DNA of 59,451 bases, the filler included. It is 5 parts of 5 records of this genome, joined end to end, with 100 filler letters (N's around TTAATTAATTAA, not from the genome) between each part and the next. Parts side by side here need not be neighbours in the genome. Positions count along the whole stretch, not along the records: positions 49,319 to 59,451 come from DRR378314_1548; 4 more parts are not named here. One strand, given 5' to 3'. The notes under the pieces are model-generated. The model worked only from the letters and a program-made list of their open reading frames with translations. It made no database searches and was not told where the DNA came from. The stretch's first letter is position 1; every line of letters starts with the position of its first letter. The position numbers and the translations under genes were made by a program. Shown piece after piece: positions 56,701 to 59,451 of the stretch.

Positions 56701-59285
56701 GCAGAAAGTACGAGCGTCGGGCCAGCGCTCCCATTCGCTGCTGCCTTCAGCTCGCGGAGCACTCTCGCGCAAGGAATTCTACGAAGTGGTTGGAATGAAG
56801 CAACGGACACTCTGCGAGCTGCACCGCTCCCTCATGTCACTCCTGGATCTACTGCCTCGTTTGTAGCGTTTACATGATATTCAAGCAGCGCAAGCGAGCT
56901 CCTCTGAAGAGCGCGTTCGCTCATTGGAAGCGGAGTTGTCCTGTGCCAGGGCGGAAACAGAAGCTCTGCGAAAAGAGGTACGGTGTGGTGTAGCACACAG
57001 CATTCATGTCCATGGAGCGAAGCATCATGGTAGAAAAGCTGTCAAATGCTCATCATTTTGTAAGCTAGGGACCTGGTTCCACAGCAGTACGAAAAATTTC
57101 CATGCGCTGTGGGGTAAATTTCAATTTCTCGCCGACTTGGATTGTCATCGGCGGACGATGCGCGCTTCGTATTTCTCCACGTCCAGGTCCAGGCTACAGA
57201 GTTCCGTCTGCGCGAAGAATCTGATGCGTCATCGCGGGCCATTAGGTCTGTATGATACGTGTCCGGGAAAGGTCACTGCTTTCAATATCCATCTTGGTAG
57301 CATTGTACACGTGTTATTCGTTCAATCTTTCCGGGAGTCATATGTGTGAAGTATTCGCAATCGATTTGCGTGACAAGCAGCAACATATGTTGTTCACTCT
57401 GAGCCTAGCAATTTGCGTTTCTCTCGTGTTGCTGGAACTTGGAGGCCGATTCCTTTTACTGCTCTGTATCCCACATTCGCAAATTGCAAAGCTTGTGTGA
57501 GAGACAGACTTTGGGGGTTTCTGATAGAAAGATTTTGTTACATGAGGTCGATTTCTGATGCTGAGCGGACTGTCGTCGCCTGCAGAGCGCTAGAAGAAGA
57601 ACGAGCCGCCGAGCTTGAATCGATTCGCAAGCAGTTGGCAGCGTCGCATGATCAGAGCGCTGCTGCGTTGCGCAAGTCCGAGAGGGAAGCACGCGAGCTG
57701 CGTGAAAATCTTTCCGAGGAACACGAGCGCGAAGTTCGAAGACTCAAAGTTCGTTGCTGTGATATCCAATCTTTTGCACCTTTGAAACCGAAGCACCGTG
57801 TCAAGCACCGGAGTGGAGAGTGCGCCAAGAGTGAATGTCTTTCCAGGATGCGGATCCTGTTGCCAGTTATTTTTCTCACCCGCTTTGGACAGAACTTAGA
57901 TCGTACCAGATACGTCGGCAAGTTTTATCCCCATTGTAACCTCGTGTATTGTATGTAAGGAGTATTTGTTCACGTACATGGTGTCATGGTGCTCGATCCG
58001 TTCAGGGCGAGTTAGCAGATTCGGAACGGCGGCAACGCGCCAGCGCTGAAGCGCTCGAAAGTGCAAAGCGCAAGCATAAGCATGAAGTGGAAGCGCTGCA
58101 CGCGGCGAATCGAGAGTTAGAGGAAACGTACGTCCATAAGGTTTGCCCGCCAGTGGTGGCTTTGTGAATTTGAATGTTTGGGAGCGATGAAGCTGCTTCG
58201 CGTGTCGAGCACAGGTGTAGAACTCTGCGACATCCGGGAGCTGAACCGAGATTGAGCTTTTGCTTCACCAGCAGAAGAGAATAGAGGAAACATTGTATTC
58301 GCTTTATGACCAGTAGATAAGAAATTGCAGTGAAGCGTGTATTCATGTGTGATACTTCGGTATGCTGTTCTCCCTCCTTATTTTGCTTCTTTTTTTCGCT
58401 CTCGTGGCCAATCTTCACCTCAAGGCTGTCGACTGCACCTCCTGCGTGGAAATCAAGAATTACATCCCTAGAAGCTAGCGTTCGGTCACTCGAGGAAGAA
58501 CTGGCGACTGCGCGGGCTAAGCTTGGGGTACGTTGGGGGGTATCTCCTCCTTTCAAGAATGCCATACAAGGATGTAATCTCTTTTTGTGCGGTGATGAAA
58601 CTCCGACGAAGCTGGCATGCAATGCCAGCCGGCCGGGATCGCCTGTTCGTGCGACCTCTGACGTTGACAGACTCGATCGAGAGAGCCGTGTGCGTGTCCC
58701 GCGGCGCATGCGTTCACGCGATCATCCTATCTTTCATCATATGATGTAACCCTCACTGCTGCTATTTTGTTTCACGGATATTATGCTTGTAGGAAGTACA
58801 GGCGGAAAGCTCGGAGTGGGAGAGAGTTTCCACTCGCGCCGCAAAGAAGATGCGGTCCATCGTCGTGCAGGCGCGCAAGGTGCGAGTAGTACTCGGGCGG
58901 CTGCCTGCGACAGCGTCGCCGCGCTCGTGGAGAGAATGGCAATTTATGCAAGGAGCTGATGCGTCCTTCTTCTGTATTGCCGGTTCCATCTCACTTGTAG
59001 AATCAAGAAAAGCTGCGTGCGAAATGTGACCATCTTCAGACGTCAAATGCGGAATTGCGCGAAGAGCTCGAGAACACAAAGCGTCGCAGCGAGGACGAGC
59101 TGCACGCGCAGCGCTTGGCACAGACCGTGCCTGCCACACGCCGCTCCACTGCTGGGCAGGCGACCTCTGGCCAGCACGTTTATTCCGCCTCTCTCCCACT
59201 GCATTCTTCCGTACTGGCGCATGAACTTGAACAACTTCGTTCCAGAACAGGCGCTTTCATGGATGCTCTTCCGCGGGACGTGTAG
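53762..59285 (+). CDS. Long coiled-coil protein, CEP83 (CCDC41, centriole distal appendage)-like, multi-exon
   Basis: Spliced RVFNE|LREENEQYARNFALLQ...|...LREQLEAKREEFDSVRALVVEPGEIEKLRLQ|LIDELELPNQQRI|ALEEE... aligns with CEP83 [44 protein letters not shown]. Many more coiled-coil exons follow. The stop at 59285 is tentative. Confidence 0.6.
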
Positions 59286-59451
59286 CGCCGCCGGCATGGC
59301 ATGGGCCCCGGGCGCTCACCTTGGTGCACCTGTGTAGCAGCCTCGCCCAGGGCTCCGCAGTGCGCCGTTCCAGCTGTCAACCTTGATGTAACTACTCTTC
59401 GTGTACGCAGAAAGCTAGCAATAAATCATTGTATCATTGCGAGTGACTAAG

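Overview
The window is not one locus. It is five unrelated contigs joined by artificial 100-nt spacers (N-run, TTAATTAATTAA, N-run). (A) 1-15450 is a Marinobacter-like gammaproteobacterium: partial nhaB, an iron-uptake region (FoxA-like receptor, AraC regulator, FecI/FecR/TonB-receptor signalling cassette, four Fur boxes), a tandem glycine riboswitch ahead of a D-amino acid dehydrogenase, then glmS, glmU, atpC and partial atpD. (B) 15551-25128 is eukaryotic. It carries a spliced gene whose predicted ~1,440-aa product is a degenerate kinesin motor, an intact kinesin-7-like motor, an IQ motif, an ER/K helix, a SNF1/CIPK-like Ser/Thr kinase and an (AAPK)5 tail. This is the most unusual feature in the window. 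(C) 25229-40162 is an intron-rich eukaryote with AGTRAP-like, CFAP119/C1a-32-like, LisH-CTLH-WD40 and secreted beta-lactamase-family genes. (D) 40263-49218 is a Roseobacter-group alphaproteobacterium: LysR, a DddP-like M24 protein, GNAT, nucleoside hydrolase, mazG, M20 amidohydrolase and two ureohydrolases. (E) 49319-59451 is eukaryotic, with head-to-head ciliary genes DAW1/ODA16 and a CEP83-like gene. The data fit a flagellated, probably bacterivorous marine protist sequenced together with associated bacteria. All family calls come from motif recognition by eye, and eukaryotic gene models are manual GT-AG splices. No database searches were run.
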